A DNA stretch of 64,000 bases from Meyerozyma guilliermondii. Lineage: Eukaryota. Both the position numbers and the translations under genes were made by a program. How positions within the stretch are numbered: position 1 is the first letter of the stretch; every line of letters starts with the position of its first letter. The notes beneath the pieces were generated by a model. That model was not told the origin of the DNA. It ran no database searches and saw only the letters and a program-made list of their open reading frames with translations. The stretch lies in assembly GCA_051546255.1 (NCBI GenBank), contig CP128816.1, positions 248,001-312,000 on the forward strand. The letters are read 5' to 3'. Positions 41,795-52,193 of this stretch are shown here, in pieces.

Positions 41795-42024
41795 AAATGA
41801 AAGTGGAATTTGGAAATGGAAATTGGAAAAAGAGTAGAAAACTTTAGGTAGAATATGTACACCAATTACGTTTTCATTTTATATATCTTGTACAGTTTTT
41901 CTCGTTTTTTTTTCTAATTTGCAACCGCTCGCTCTCGCTCACGGTTGCTTGGCCGAGCCTCGGTGCCGGATCGCGCGCTCATTGGTTCTGTGAAAATTTC
42001 CCCGGATTCGAACCTCTCCGTACA

Positions 42025-43488
42025 ATGTTAAGATACGCCAATCCCGTAAAAGTCCAAGCCAGAACCTTTGCATCGACACTGAGCCTCCTCAAGGGCACCA
42101 GAATCGAAACCGATGCTTTTGGTGAGATCGAAGTCGACTCTTCCAAGTATTATGGTGCTCAGACCGCTCGGTCGAAACACAACTTCAAAATTGGCGGACC
42201 TGCTGCTCGCATGCCTCTTCCTGTGGTTCATGCCTTTGGAGTTTTGAAGAAGTCGGCGGCTATTGTGAACGAAGAGTTGGGTGCTTTGGACCCCAAGCTT
42301 TCGAAAGCGATCCAACAAGCTGCCACCGAAGTTTCGGAGGGTAAGTTGGACGACCATTTTCCTTTGGTGGTGTTCCAAACTGGTTCCGGAACCCAGTCCA
42401 ACATGAACGCCAACGAGGTGATCTCAAACCGTGCCATTGAGATCTTGGGTGGCGAATTGGGATCGAAAAAACCAGTTCACCCTAATGACCATTGCAACAT
42501 GTCTCAATCTTCCAACGACACTTTCCCCACCGTGATGCACATTGCTGCTGTTTCGGAGATCAGAAAGTCATTGCTTCCGGAATTGACCAAGTTGCGTGAC
42601 CTGTTGCACGCCAAATCCGAGGAATTTAAGGATATTATCAAGATTGGAAGAACCCACTTGCAGGACGCTACCCCATTGACTTTGGGCCAAGAATTCTCTG
42701 GTTATGTCCAGCAGTTGACCAATGGTATTGAACGTGTGGAAAAAACGTTGCCAAACTTGCTGAAGTTGGCTCAAGGTGGTACTGCTGTAGGAACCGGTTT
42801 GAACACTCGCAAGGGCTTCGACAAGAAGATTGCCGAGCAAGTTTCCAAATTAACTGGTTTCCCATTCGAGACTGCTCCCAACAAGTTTGAGGCTTTGGCT
42901 GCCCACGATGCTGTTGTGGAAGCCAGTGGGGCATTGAACACCGTTGCTGCGTCTTTGTTCAAAATTGCCAATGACATTAGATACCTTGGTTCCGGTCCAA
43001 GATGTGGCTACGGAGAATTGTCTCTTCCTGAAAACGAACCAGGTTCGTCTATCATGCCCGGTAAGGTGAACCCTACCCAGAACGAAGCGTTGACGATGGT
43101 GGCTACTCAGGTTTTCGGAAACCACTCTGCCATCACTTTTGCAGGTGCTTCGGGTCAATTTGAGCTCAATGTGTTCAAGCCAGTGATGATTGCCAACTTG
43201 TTGAGTTCGATCCGTTTGATTGCCGACGGCTCGGCTTCGTTCAGAGAACACTGTGTGGACGGAATCAAGGCCAACGTTGACAAAATCGAGAAAACTTTGC
43301 ACGAATCGCTCATGTTGGTCACCGCATTAAACCCCAAGATTGGCTACGATGCTGCGTCCAAAACCGCCAAGAACGCCCACAAGAAGGGATTGACCTTGAA
43401 GGAGTCGGCCTTGGAGTTGGGTGTGTTGAGTGAGCAGGAATTTGACGAGTGGGTGAGACCAGAGAAGATGATCGGACCCAAGGATTAG
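42025..43488 (+). CDS. FUM1: Fumarate hydratase class II
   Basis: [14 protein letters not shown] and [13 protein letters not shown]; short presequence. Confidence 0.98.
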   Translation: MLRYANPVKVQARTFASTLSLLKGTRIETDAFGEIEVDSSKYYGAQTARSKHNFKIGGPAARMPLPVVHAFGVLKKSAAIVNEELGALDPKLSKAIQQAATEVSEGKLDDHFPLVVFQTGSGTQSNMNANEVISNRAIEILGGELGSKKPVHPNDHCNMSQSSNDTFPTVMHIAAVSEIRKSLLPELTKLRDLLHAKSEEFKDIIKIGRTHLQDATPLTLGQEFSGYVQQLTNGIERVEKTLPNLLKLAQGGTAVGTGLNTRKGFDKKIAEQVSKLTGFPFETAPNKFEALAAHDAVVEASGALNTVAASLFKIANDIRYLGSGPRCGYGELSLPENEPGSSIMPGKVNPTQNEALTMVATQVFGNHSAITFAGASGQFELNVFKPVMIANLLSSIRLIADGSASFREHCVDGIKANVDKIEKTLHESLMLVTALNPKIGYDAASKTAKNAHKKGLTLKESALELGVLSEQEFDEWVRPEKMIGPKD

Positions 43489-43723
43489 GCTGCGAATTAG
43501 AATATTTATTGGTCAAGATTTCAATTGATGTAGTCTACTATTCCATCCCATTGTCTTAGTACTTCTTGTACTTTATATTTCTTTCTCTTCTTTGTCTTCT
43601 TTTTACTTTTTGTACTTCTTGTATTTTTGCTCCATAGTATCTCTTCATTCTTGTGTTCCTGTATTTTGTATTCTGTATTCGCATTCGATTCTGATCTCAT
43701 CTTATCGCACTTTCCTCTCTACA

Positions 43724-44767
43724 ATGTCGGTATCCAGCCTCTTGGAGCAGATCCAGAAACGGGGAAAAGTGGTGAGTCGGCCTCCTGAGGCTGGGTTGTC
43801 TTCAAAATCTACTCAGAACCAAGAAAACCGACCGGCAAATACATCAAAACTTGCCTCTTCGTCGCAGCCAGCGCAGCGCCAAAATCGTACTGTCGATCCA
43901 GTGGTGGCCAGACTTAAGGAAGCACGACGGCTAGAGATGGAGCAGAAGGAGGCCTCCAGAAAGGAGGCAGGAAAACAAACAAACAAGAAAATTGGTGCAA
44001 GAAAATCGTCTGGGTCAAGTACCACATCCAGCTCAGCAAATGGAAAGAGTTACGGACAACCAAAAACTTCTTCCACAGCCCAGAATGCTTCTGTAGCACC
44101 GGCGGCCCGAAAAAAGGTAAACTACAAGGATTTAATGAAGAAAGCAACCACCATTGACAACAGCAAACTCTCGTTGAAAATTAAAGCAAAGTCACTGCTG
44201 CCACCCAATCGTCTGCCTCCCATTCGTTCGCCACCCATTCGTCTGCATTCCCGGCCCGAACAACCAGAACCTTCCAAACCTCTGGCTCTTACCTCTAAAA
44301 GTGTCGTTTCTAGCGTTTCTGGACGACAATTGCATTCAACAGACCGTCAGAAAGCCAATAAAAACGGACCCAAAAAACCAGAAACTTCCTCCAGACCCTT
44401 GCCACGAGCACCGCTACCCGTCCGCCAGCCGTCAGCAAAACTCTCTCAATCGCTCAGTAGCCGTCGTACAAATGATAAAGAAGACGACTCGGATATGCTG
44501 TCTTTCTTGGCCTCGGATGACGAGGAAGAACGCAACCAAGATTACGATAGGGACGAGATCTGGGCTATGTTCAACCGAGGCAAGAAGCGAGCGGACTATG
44601 AGCGGTATGACGACTACGATAGTGACGATATGGAGGCCACCGGAGCCGAGATTTTGGCCGAGGAAATGAGATCGAAAAGGACGGCTGAATTGGAAGATCG
44701 CCGCGAAATGGAGGAAGAGCTTCGGTTAAAGGCACTCAAGCGCCAGCGAAAGCAGAAGAATGGTTGA
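43724..44767 (+). CDS. SPT2: Chromatin protein Spt2
   Basis: DPVVARLKEARR, DEIWAMFNRGKKR, DSDDMEATGAEILAEE. First ATG at 43724. Confidence 0.88.
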   Translation: MSVSSLLEQIQKRGKVVSRPPEAGLSSKSTQNQENRPANTSKLASSSQPAQRQNRTVDPVVARLKEARRLEMEQKEASRKEAGKQTNKKIGARKSSGSSTTSSSANGKSYGQPKTSSTAQNASVAPAARKKVNYKDLMKKATTIDNSKLSLKIKAKSLLPPNRLPPIRSPPIRLHSRPEQPEPSKPLALTSKSVVSSVSGRQLHSTDRQKANKNGPKKPETSSRPLPRAPLPVRQPSAKLSQSLSSRRTNDKEDDSDMLSFLASDDEEERNQDYDRDEIWAMFNRGKKRADYERYDDYDSDDMEATGAEILAEEMRSKRTAELEDRREMEEELRLKALKRQRKQKNG

Positions 44768-44901
44768 GAGAATCTAGGAGTTCAGGGCTTGAAAGTAATA
44801 ATTAGCATATTTAAATCTTCGCGAAATTTTATAATTTTGCATTCTCAGCTTTTCAAATTAGCATTCAAAACTATAGTTTTGTTAACACAAAACTAGCTGT
44901 A

Positions 44902-46329
44902 ATGGACCCAGACATCTTCCCCAGTCTTCATTCAGTCACCAAGCAGCTCCGCCAACAATCCTTATCCCTCAAAAATAGACTACAATCCATTGTCCATGAT
45001 GCCAAATTTGTAGAGTCTCTCGACCTACCGGTATTGGTGCCCAATGAAAGATGCGGTTTATGGTACGTTCCGCCTCAGAAACGTACAGATTCGGCCTACT
45101 TCAAGTCTACAGATGGCCATATGAACGAATGGGCTTTTTCGTTTCGAAGATTAAATATCCACTTGCTTCCCTTGTTGCAAAAAACCGAAACAATTGCAAT
45201 TGTTGATTCCACCAGAAGAGGCAAATTGATGCCCGATGCACTTCTGAAAACTACTCCCATCTGGTGTGCTGTTATATCCACCATAATGGCCAAAAGAGGC
45301 TTTTTTGAACTTGATAATGTCCTCTATACGCCTCGCTCAATGGTTTCAGAGAGCGAACACAACGAGATTGCAAAAAAAATCAACCACTTTGTTTTGGAAG
45401 CAGAACGACTCCATCTCTTCGATAATGTGGAGCTCGATAAGCCTATAGTTCCTTGCTGGATATATCCTGATAACGAAGGTGAGGGCCGTTTTGGGGGCCG
45501 TTTCGAGGGCCATTTTGGTTCTTCATCGTACCGCATTCAGTGTGTCACAGCGTCCAGGAAAGCTTCTGGAAACTCCTATGCCACAGCTGTTCATGACGGA
45601 AAGAGCATATCTTGGAATTATGTACAAGGAGCAGCAGACGACCATGAATTGTGGATCTCAAATGAGGTCTGCGAAGGAAAACTCAATGCTGATTTATTCT
45701 GGAAAATTTTGGACAAAAATAAAAGCCTGTTCATTGATTCGGAAACCGGATACTTATACGACTGGCTTACTGACGAAAAATTGGTCAAAAGACTTAACGA
45801 AGCATATTTCAACATGGATTCGGACAGTTTAACCTCACCTATCTCAGATATTACATTCATCGAAAACGACGAAAATGACACAGGGATTGCTCTTGGAGTC
45901 ATCAAGGAACCGCTACTGGTCCAGTCATTACAAAAGAGGTTCAATCAGGTGATTATTCTTTCAGAAAAAGAAGTTTTAGCTGATGATAAAGCAGTAAAAG
46001 TTCACCATTACAAGCTACAGTCTTCCAAAAAAGGCTCCAAGCAACTCAGAGCGATTCTCCCACTGCTTATGGGTCTGATAGACATTACCAATACAAACAA
46101 AGTGCTAATTGCTTGCGATACAGGTACAGATTTGGGTCCTGGAGTCGCCTTGGCCATACTATGCAAAAATTTTGATAGTGACTGGAAACAAAATTGTCCA
46201 AGATATATCGATAAAGATACAGTCAGACGTCACAGCGCCGCCCTTGCACATGTCCGGAGGATCAATCCCAGCAGAAACACCCTTCAAAGTATCAATACCT
46301 ACTTGATGGGCACGGCCGGTCCTGCATAA
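44902..46329 (+). CDS. RIT1: Initiator tRNA phosphoribosyltransferase
   Basis: NERCGLWY, YFKSTDGH, VDSTRRGK.MPDAL, YVQGAADDHELW, NPSRNTLQSIN. Confidence 0.93.
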   Translation: MDPDIFPSLHSVTKQLRQQSLSLKNRLQSIVHDAKFVESLDLPVLVPNERCGLWYVPPQKRTDSAYFKSTDGHMNEWAFSFRRLNIHLLPLLQKTETIAIVDSTRRGKLMPDALLKTTPIWCAVISTIMAKRGFFELDNVLYTPRSMVSESEHNEIAKKINHFVLEAERLHLFDNVELDKPIVPCWIYPDNEGEGRFGGRFEGHFGSSSYRIQCVTASRKASGNSYATAVHDGKSISWNYVQGAADDHELWISNEVCEGKLNADLFWKILDKNKSLFIDSETGYLYDWLTDEKLVKRLNEAYFNMDSDSLTSPISDITFIENDENDTGIALGVIKEPLLVQSLQKRFNQVIILSEKEVLADDKAVKVHHYKLQSSKKGSKQLRAILPLLMGLIDITNTNKVLIACDTGTDLGPGVALAILCKNFDSDWKQNCPRYIDKDTVRRHSAALAHVRRINPSRNTLQSINTYLMGTAGPA

Positions 46330-46394
46330 TACACAAGCGATTTTTCAATTTGCAATCTCAAATTTGCAATTTATCAGCTGATTAACTTCTGTCA

Positions 46395-47135
46395 ATGCGG
46401 TTCTTGTGTCTTCCTGGATACCTCCAGAGCGGCAAAATCCTAGCAGAAAAGTCGTCTGGCATCAGGAAAGCATTCACGAAAAAGTTGGGTTATGAACTCG
46501 ACTATATAGATCCTCCCATCGTAATCGGTTCACCTTCAGATTTGCCTTTTTCGTTAGGCGACGGTGCTGAGGCCGAGGAAAGATGGCAGGGGCTTGTGGA
46601 CAAGAATGCCAATCGCTGCTGGTGGCAGCATGATCTGTCTGGGCTGAATCTGCGTCCATACGTTGGGTTTGACGAAGCGCTTCGTTACGTCACTGATTAT
46701 ATTCGGGACCATGGGCCCTATGATGGCATTTTTGGGTTTTCTCAGGGCGCCGCCATGGCTGCTATCATTGCTAATCGAGAAAATCTGGTGAAATTGGCGT
46801 TGTTGGTGCTGCCATTCGTTTTTACCCAAGCTCGCAACGAAGACGAAGACAGAGTTACTCTCGATTTTGACGTCTCCGATGTTCAAGAATACGCCAAAAG
46901 TGTCCGTATTGTGCCCGGCTACGAGCAATTGTACGAAATAACCAATGAAAGTTTGCAAAGTGTTGTCGTTTACGGCAGTGAAGACCTGGTGGTTCCTGCT
47001 ATAAGATCAAAATACCTTGCGAGTATATTTCAAAATTCCACAGAAATTGTACACGACGGAGGACACCTCGTTCCGAACAAGAAACCCATAGTCAACCAGC
47101 TCGTTGAGTTCGTCAGCGGCCGCAACCACTTGTAA
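46395..47135 (+). CDS. FSH1-family serine hydrolase
   Basis: LCLPGYLQSG, GPYDGIFGFSQGA, HDGGHLVP. Confidence 0.9.
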   Translation: MRFLCLPGYLQSGKILAEKSSGIRKAFTKKLGYELDYIDPPIVIGSPSDLPFSLGDGAEAEERWQGLVDKNANRCWWQHDLSGLNLRPYVGFDEALRYVTDYIRDHGPYDGIFGFSQGAAMAAIIANRENLVKLALLVLPFVFTQARNEDEDRVTLDFDVSDVQEYAKSVRIVPGYEQLYEITNESLQSVVVYGSEDLVVPAIRSKYLASIFQNSTEIVHDGGHLVPNKKPIVNQLVEFVSGRNHL

Positions 47136-47224
47136 ATAGGTATACGCTATAACCCAGTAGAACACCCAAACACCACCACTCGATATTGTCATTAGCGTAC
47201 AAAATCATCAGCATCAATACTGCG

Positions 47225-48967
47225 ATGTCAGGATCAAAACAGGGATCCGAAAAAGCGTCCATAACGAGTCTAATAGATAGTGAAGAGCAAGGAGATGAAG
47301 CAACATCAGTAAGCACACAGAATCAAAGCCCAAAAACCCAAATTACACAAACGGAAAATGTTGAGGTTCAAAATAGCGATCTAAAAGTCACTGAAAACAA
47401 ACCAAAAAACACTGAAATGAAGCCTACAGACCCAAATACAAACGCTAGTACCACAGAAAACACCCCTATAACCACTAGCAATGCCCAAGTTTCCGAGAAA
47501 TCCGAAAAAACCGTGCCGGCGTGGATGCGAGAACCGGAAGAAGCTCAAAATCGGTACGACCGATACGTTCCGAGGGTCGATAATAGACGAAGGGGAGAGC
47601 CCAGGGTGGCAGAAGTGCGCCAGGATCCTCGGTATGCGAAATATTTGCGTCAGGACCAAGAAGAACGACGCATACGACGTCCTGATGACGAATATGAAGG
47701 CGACCATAAGAGAAGAAGACCCGAAATGGTGACCCAGTTTGACGACCGAAGACAGGGGACTCGAAAAAACCATCCTGGTCAAGCAGGGCAGCTGGAAAGT
47801 GAAGAAAATGGCGACGAACAGCAGGGCGACGATGAAGAGGAGACTCCTGGCAACGAAGAACCAGTAGAAGCGCAACCGTATTCACGTCTTGCGACGTCCG
47901 TTCAGTCTACGCAACACTACCACACGTTCCAGAGCCATATTGCCAACAAAGAGAACAAAGATATCAACAGTATTGTTCGGTCGCATTACAACCAGCGCAC
48001 GATCCAGTCGAAAATGCAGGGCTCTCGAACCAAATCTCCCATTTACAAGCTCCGGAACTTTAACAATGCGGTCAAATACATGCTTTTGGGCAATCATGTA
48101 CGCAAAAATCCCAATCCCGGACTGCCTACGGTGATTCTCGACATGTGCTGTGGTAAAGGAGGAGACCTTAACAAGGCTGAATTCGTTGGCGCCGATCAAT
48201 ATGTGGGAATAGACATCTCAGACGCTTCGGTAAAAGAAGCTTTCCATCGGTACCGGCGCAATAAAGCTCGGTTTATTCCCAGAGACGGTGGTCGAGCCGG
48301 CCAGAGAGATTCACGAAAGTACAATTTCGAAGCATGTTTTGCTACTGGTGATTGTTTCCAGCAATCAATACCGGAAATTTTGGAACCCAACTTCCCGGGA
48401 ATCGTCAATGGTTTGTTTCCAGTAGACTGTGTTCTGATCCAATTTTCAATGCATTATTCGTTTGAATCCGAGGAAAGAGTGAGGACAATGCTCAATAATG
48501 TTTCCAAATCTTTGCGTCCTGGAGGTACTTTTGTCGGCACTATTCCCTCATCTGACTTTATTCGTGACAAAATTGTTAACAAGGATTTCCTTCCTGGAAC
48601 AAATAATAAGTTTGGCAATGAACTTTATTCTGTCACATTTGACCGAACTCCGCCATCCGACGGAATATTCCGGCCTCCGTTCGGGAACAAATATGACTAT
48701 TTTTTGAAGGATGCCGTAGACAACGTTCCCGAATATGTTGTTCCCTTCGAAGTATTCCGGCTGATGTGTGAAGAGGTAGGTTTAACTTTACGCTACAAGA
48801 AAAATTTCATTGAGATTTTTAACCAAGAAATTCCCAAATATTTTCACAAACTTAATCGCAATTTGGTAGACGGAATGAAGAGGGCGGACGGCAAGTATGG
48901 GGCGGAAGGGGCGGAAAAAGAAGCCGTTAGTTTCTATTTGGGGTTTGCGTTTGAAAAGCTTGGTTGA
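47225..48967 (+). CDS. ABD1: mRNA cap guanine-N7 methyltransferase
   Basis: [39 protein letters not shown]. First ATG at 47225. Confidence 0.96.
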   Translation: MSGSKQGSEKASITSLIDSEEQGDEATSVSTQNQSPKTQITQTENVEVQNSDLKVTENKPKNTEMKPTDPNTNASTTENTPITTSNAQVSEKSEKTVPAWMREPEEAQNRYDRYVPRVDNRRRGEPRVAEVRQDPRYAKYLRQDQEERRIRRPDDEYEGDHKRRRPEMVTQFDDRRQGTRKNHPGQAGQLESEENGDEQQGDDEEETPGNEEPVEAQPYSRLATSVQSTQHYHTFQSHIANKENKDINSIVRSHYNQRTIQSKMQGSRTKSPIYKLRNFNNAVKYMLLGNHVRKNPNPGLPTVILDMCCGKGGDLNKAEFVGADQYVGIDISDASVKEAFHRYRRNKARFIPRDGGRAGQRDSRKYNFEACFATGDCFQQSIPEILEPNFPGIVNGLFPVDCVLIQFSMHYSFESEERVRTMLNNVSKSLRPGGTFVGTIPSSDFIRDKIVNKDFLPGTNNKFGNELYSVTFDRTPPSDGIFRPPFGNKYDYFLKDAVDNVPEYVVPFEVFRLMCEEVGLTLRYKKNFIEIFNQEIPKYFHKLNRNLVDGMKRADGKYGAEGAEKEAVSFYLGFAFEKLG

Positions 48968-51084
48968 TGGTTGCAAAATGGTGGGCTCGGTTCAAATTTT
49001 TTTTTTTTAAAATAAAATTGGAGAATTTTCACAAAAAAAAAGAATATTTTTTATGCAATTAAACGACATATACCAGTATAACGCGTTGTGTATTATGCAC
49101 ACCAAGCACATAATATACATATAGATATATATGTGTCATGCATTGCTAATCATATTAGGTCTTGTATGCAATGTATGATGCACAAGCAGGGCGTTTCCAC
49201 TTGACAACTTGAGGACAGCCTAGAATTTTTCCCTTGCATTTTGTAGAAATTGGTGAGGAAGTTGTTAACGAGGATTGCCATGGAATTTAGCTGTATGGGG
49301 CGAATTCCAAACACTTGACACTTACGAAAAAGGGGCAAGGTCTATTGTTATGCACCTCGTGCTTTCAATCACGTATATAATGCCATTTACGCTGGCGGTT
49401 CAGCACGAAAAACGCCAGATTCGGAATGACGCGACCCTGATTACACGTTATTGGTTAGATAATATTATGCAAAAAATATGCTGGTTACAGTAGTTTTGTG
49501 ATTTGAAACGATGAAATGCATCACCTGTATGCAACATCAAAACTCTATGGAAATGAGGAAAATTTATGCGCCATTCGATTCTGGAATTAATGCGGTAAAG
49601 TCCGAGTCCCTACATGATTTGGTGCCCCGAAACAGTTGTCTATACAACTGTTTGGGGAGTCCTGCATATTCGATGGCTTAGTGCAGATGGCTATATGCGT
49701 GCGCAATCACACCTACATTTATTCTTGCATGATAAGCGTTTTTTAGCGAGCCTCAATATGCACGACATCACGATTTCGCTGCACCAACTGGCACGGGATC
49801 TTTCACCGTGCATAATATCGTAGCCGACTGCTGCAAATCTTGATTGCTATCCCCAGCATTTTGAGGTCGATAATGATCGTCCCGCATACCAAGAAGCACT
49901 GTTCAACTTGGCACAGGAACGAGAAAATGTTTTCAAAACTCCGATGCTAATTTTTTTCGTTCAATGTAGACTAATGCCAAAGCTATACGCACCTGGTGAT
50001 AAAACCCCGCTCGGGGTTGAGAGTCCGAAATTCTTTGGTTCGCGCATGAAGGGTACGCTCTGAATGATAAAAGATTGTGAAATTTAGTCTCAACAGAGTG
50101 TCTTGAGGCGACCAATAGATCTGTAGCTCACCAATATTGAAAAAAAATTATGCAAGTCAATGCCTCGAATCAACAGCTCGCATAAAAAGATGACCGTATT
50201 TTGAAAATTACTTTGCATGGTGTCGGCATGCAAATTCAACCGACGCTTCAAAAAGGATGCATTTTAGCAGCAAAAGCAACCAGCAATATCACCCTGTTTC
50301 AGGTTCAAAAGAACGAAGGCTTCGCTTAACGCACGACGTGTATTGTAGGGTATTCACAACTTTTGTTCGTGTCCAAAATTGGAAATAAATATTTCATTTT
50401 TTTATGGGGAAAATTTTATCTAAGGTTGCATGGTTGGTACCTGTATCCTATGCGGCGGCACATAATACTTTTGCATCGCATCGCGTTGCAGGTTTTGGCA
50501 AAGACGTTGAAAATGCCTGCATTAGAAGCATTGGTCCCTCCAAGCATTCATAATACCTTTTTAAAAAAATTCTTGGCATGGAAAACCGTAGACCAGTGAA
50601 TTGTCCTTATTCGTACGTTATTACGGGTTATGGGACAAAGTTTCGGGTCGAAATTTCATCTGATGCGGGGGTGTAAAATGGTTGGGATTCAAGCCGCACG
50701 TCGCCGCAGGTGAGGCATAATGATTGAATCGCTACTGAAATAAGATCGTACTCGCCAATTGTATGCATCTACAAAGCGTCATCTATTAGGTAGCAGTCAT
50801 TACAAGCAACCACAAACGCCATATTAGTAATGTAGGTTTTCATGCACAATGTATGATTTTTTTTTGCTGCCGGAACTGCGGCTCCGGTCGGTCATAAATT
50901 TTTTTAACACATTTAAACTTTAACTATCTGGCAATAGTAGTCAAATATGCACCATGCAAGGTATCATCTATGCATCGGAAGTGCATCGAACGCCACCGCG
51001 GTTTTTCTGGCGCATGTTCCATAGATAAGAACATTAAATTCTTGTATTTTGTTTGTTGCCAATAAGGTGATCAACTTTCACCGA
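48968..51084. promoter_or_regulatory. 2.1-kb upstream regulatory region rich in TGCAT/ATGCA
   Basis: Largest gene-free gap in the window. I counted 27 ATGCA/TGCAT sites by eye between 49053 and 50986. Confidence 0.6.
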
Positions 51085-52032
51085 ATGACTGATGATCACA
51101 ATGGTTCGAAAAGTGCTGCGATTCTGCTGCTTCTTAATCGTGATAATTCAGATTCTAATTCATCTTCAGAATCCAATAAGGAAATTGTAAAACCAAGAAG
51201 AAGGGTTCGCCGGCGATATAATCAAATTCTTCGGAAATTTAGTTGTACGTTTCCACAATGTAACAAAAGTTATGGGTCACTTAATCATTTAAATGCCCAT
51301 ATTGTCACGAAAAAACACGGTAAACGGAAATCCAGAGCTGACTTTCAGTTTCATGAAGACGCGGTTTTGTCCCCCAAATTCCCCCCAACTCCTCATCCTC
51401 AATCATACCCCCAAGTTCTCGGGGGACAACCTCAAGGCTACCAACCAGCAATGGGATGGCCAAGTCGAAGAGACCAAGCCAGCGGCACTTATTGGTACGG
51501 AATGCCAGTAGGACTGACGCAGGCGTCGGATATTCCATCAAAGCTCGGAGTTCCGGGCCACGATCCGTCTTCCGGCCCAAGCGGTGCCCCACCTTTTCAG
51601 CAACCTCCACGCGTACCTCCACAAGCATCTCCCCATGTTGGTGGTGCACCCCCACAACATGGATTTCCGGGGTATGTTCTTTACAGTGCTCCGTTTTCCT
51701 CGGGTCCAATTGGACCACCAGCTTGGCAACCGCCATTACCGCCTCCTACGCATCTTCAACCATCAAGTCACAATTTGCCGCTAGCAAAAGATTCTCGAAG
51801 CTCATCGACATCCTCTTCAAAACTGCCATTACGCACTTTTCCATCTCCCCCACTTTTCCCCGCCCAAAATCAATCTTTAAACTTACACCCCATCACCTTA
51901 CCACCGGTTCTTGCTAAATTACCTAGTCCTCCATCGTTACCCCCACTTTATACAAAAGAGGTTGCAAAATCTCAAGATAGCATGCAAGTTTCTGTTCAAG
52001 CTGCAGATTCCTCAAGTTGCAGTTCAGAGTAA
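51085..52032 (+). CDS. Single C2H2 zinc-finger transcription factor, Con7-like
   Basis: RRRYNQILRKFSCTFPQCNKSYGSLNHLNAHIVTKKHG resembles the Con7 finger; Pro/Ser/Gln-rich tail. First ATG at 51085. Confidence 0.75.
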   Translation: MTDDHNGSKSAAILLLLNRDNSDSNSSSESNKEIVKPRRRVRRRYNQILRKFSCTFPQCNKSYGSLNHLNAHIVTKKHGKRKSRADFQFHEDAVLSPKFPPTPHPQSYPQVLGGQPQGYQPAMGWPSRRDQASGTYWYGMPVGLTQASDIPSKLGVPGHDPSSGPSGAPPFQQPPRVPPQASPHVGGAPPQHGFPGYVLYSAPFSSGPIGPPAWQPPLPPPTHLQPSSHNLPLAKDSRSSSTSSSKLPLRTFPSPPLFPAQNQSLNLHPITLPPVLAKLPSPPSLPPLYTKEVAKSQDSMQVSVQAADSSSCSSE

Positions 52033-52193
52033 CTGTTAATAGATGTATTTAGACGCGACCGTGCCGCATCGCTATAAAATTACTAATTTTTTGCAAGTTT
52101 TCGTGTTGCTTATAGAGTTGGTATACACGCGTCGTGCATTAACCGCGCATTTCAATATTGACGTAGCCACCTCTAGATTGGATCAATTGTAGC

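Noticed and set aside
43545..43723. Hydrophobic N-terminal extension of Spt2
   Set aside because: T-rich low-complexity intergenic DNA with a TTG start; the ATG at 43724 fits the family.
48968..51084. Centromere, LTR or ncRNA in the long gap
   Set aside because: No terminal repeats, CDE-like elements or recognisable RNA structure seen; a long promoter is the simpler reading, though the alternatives cannot be excluded.
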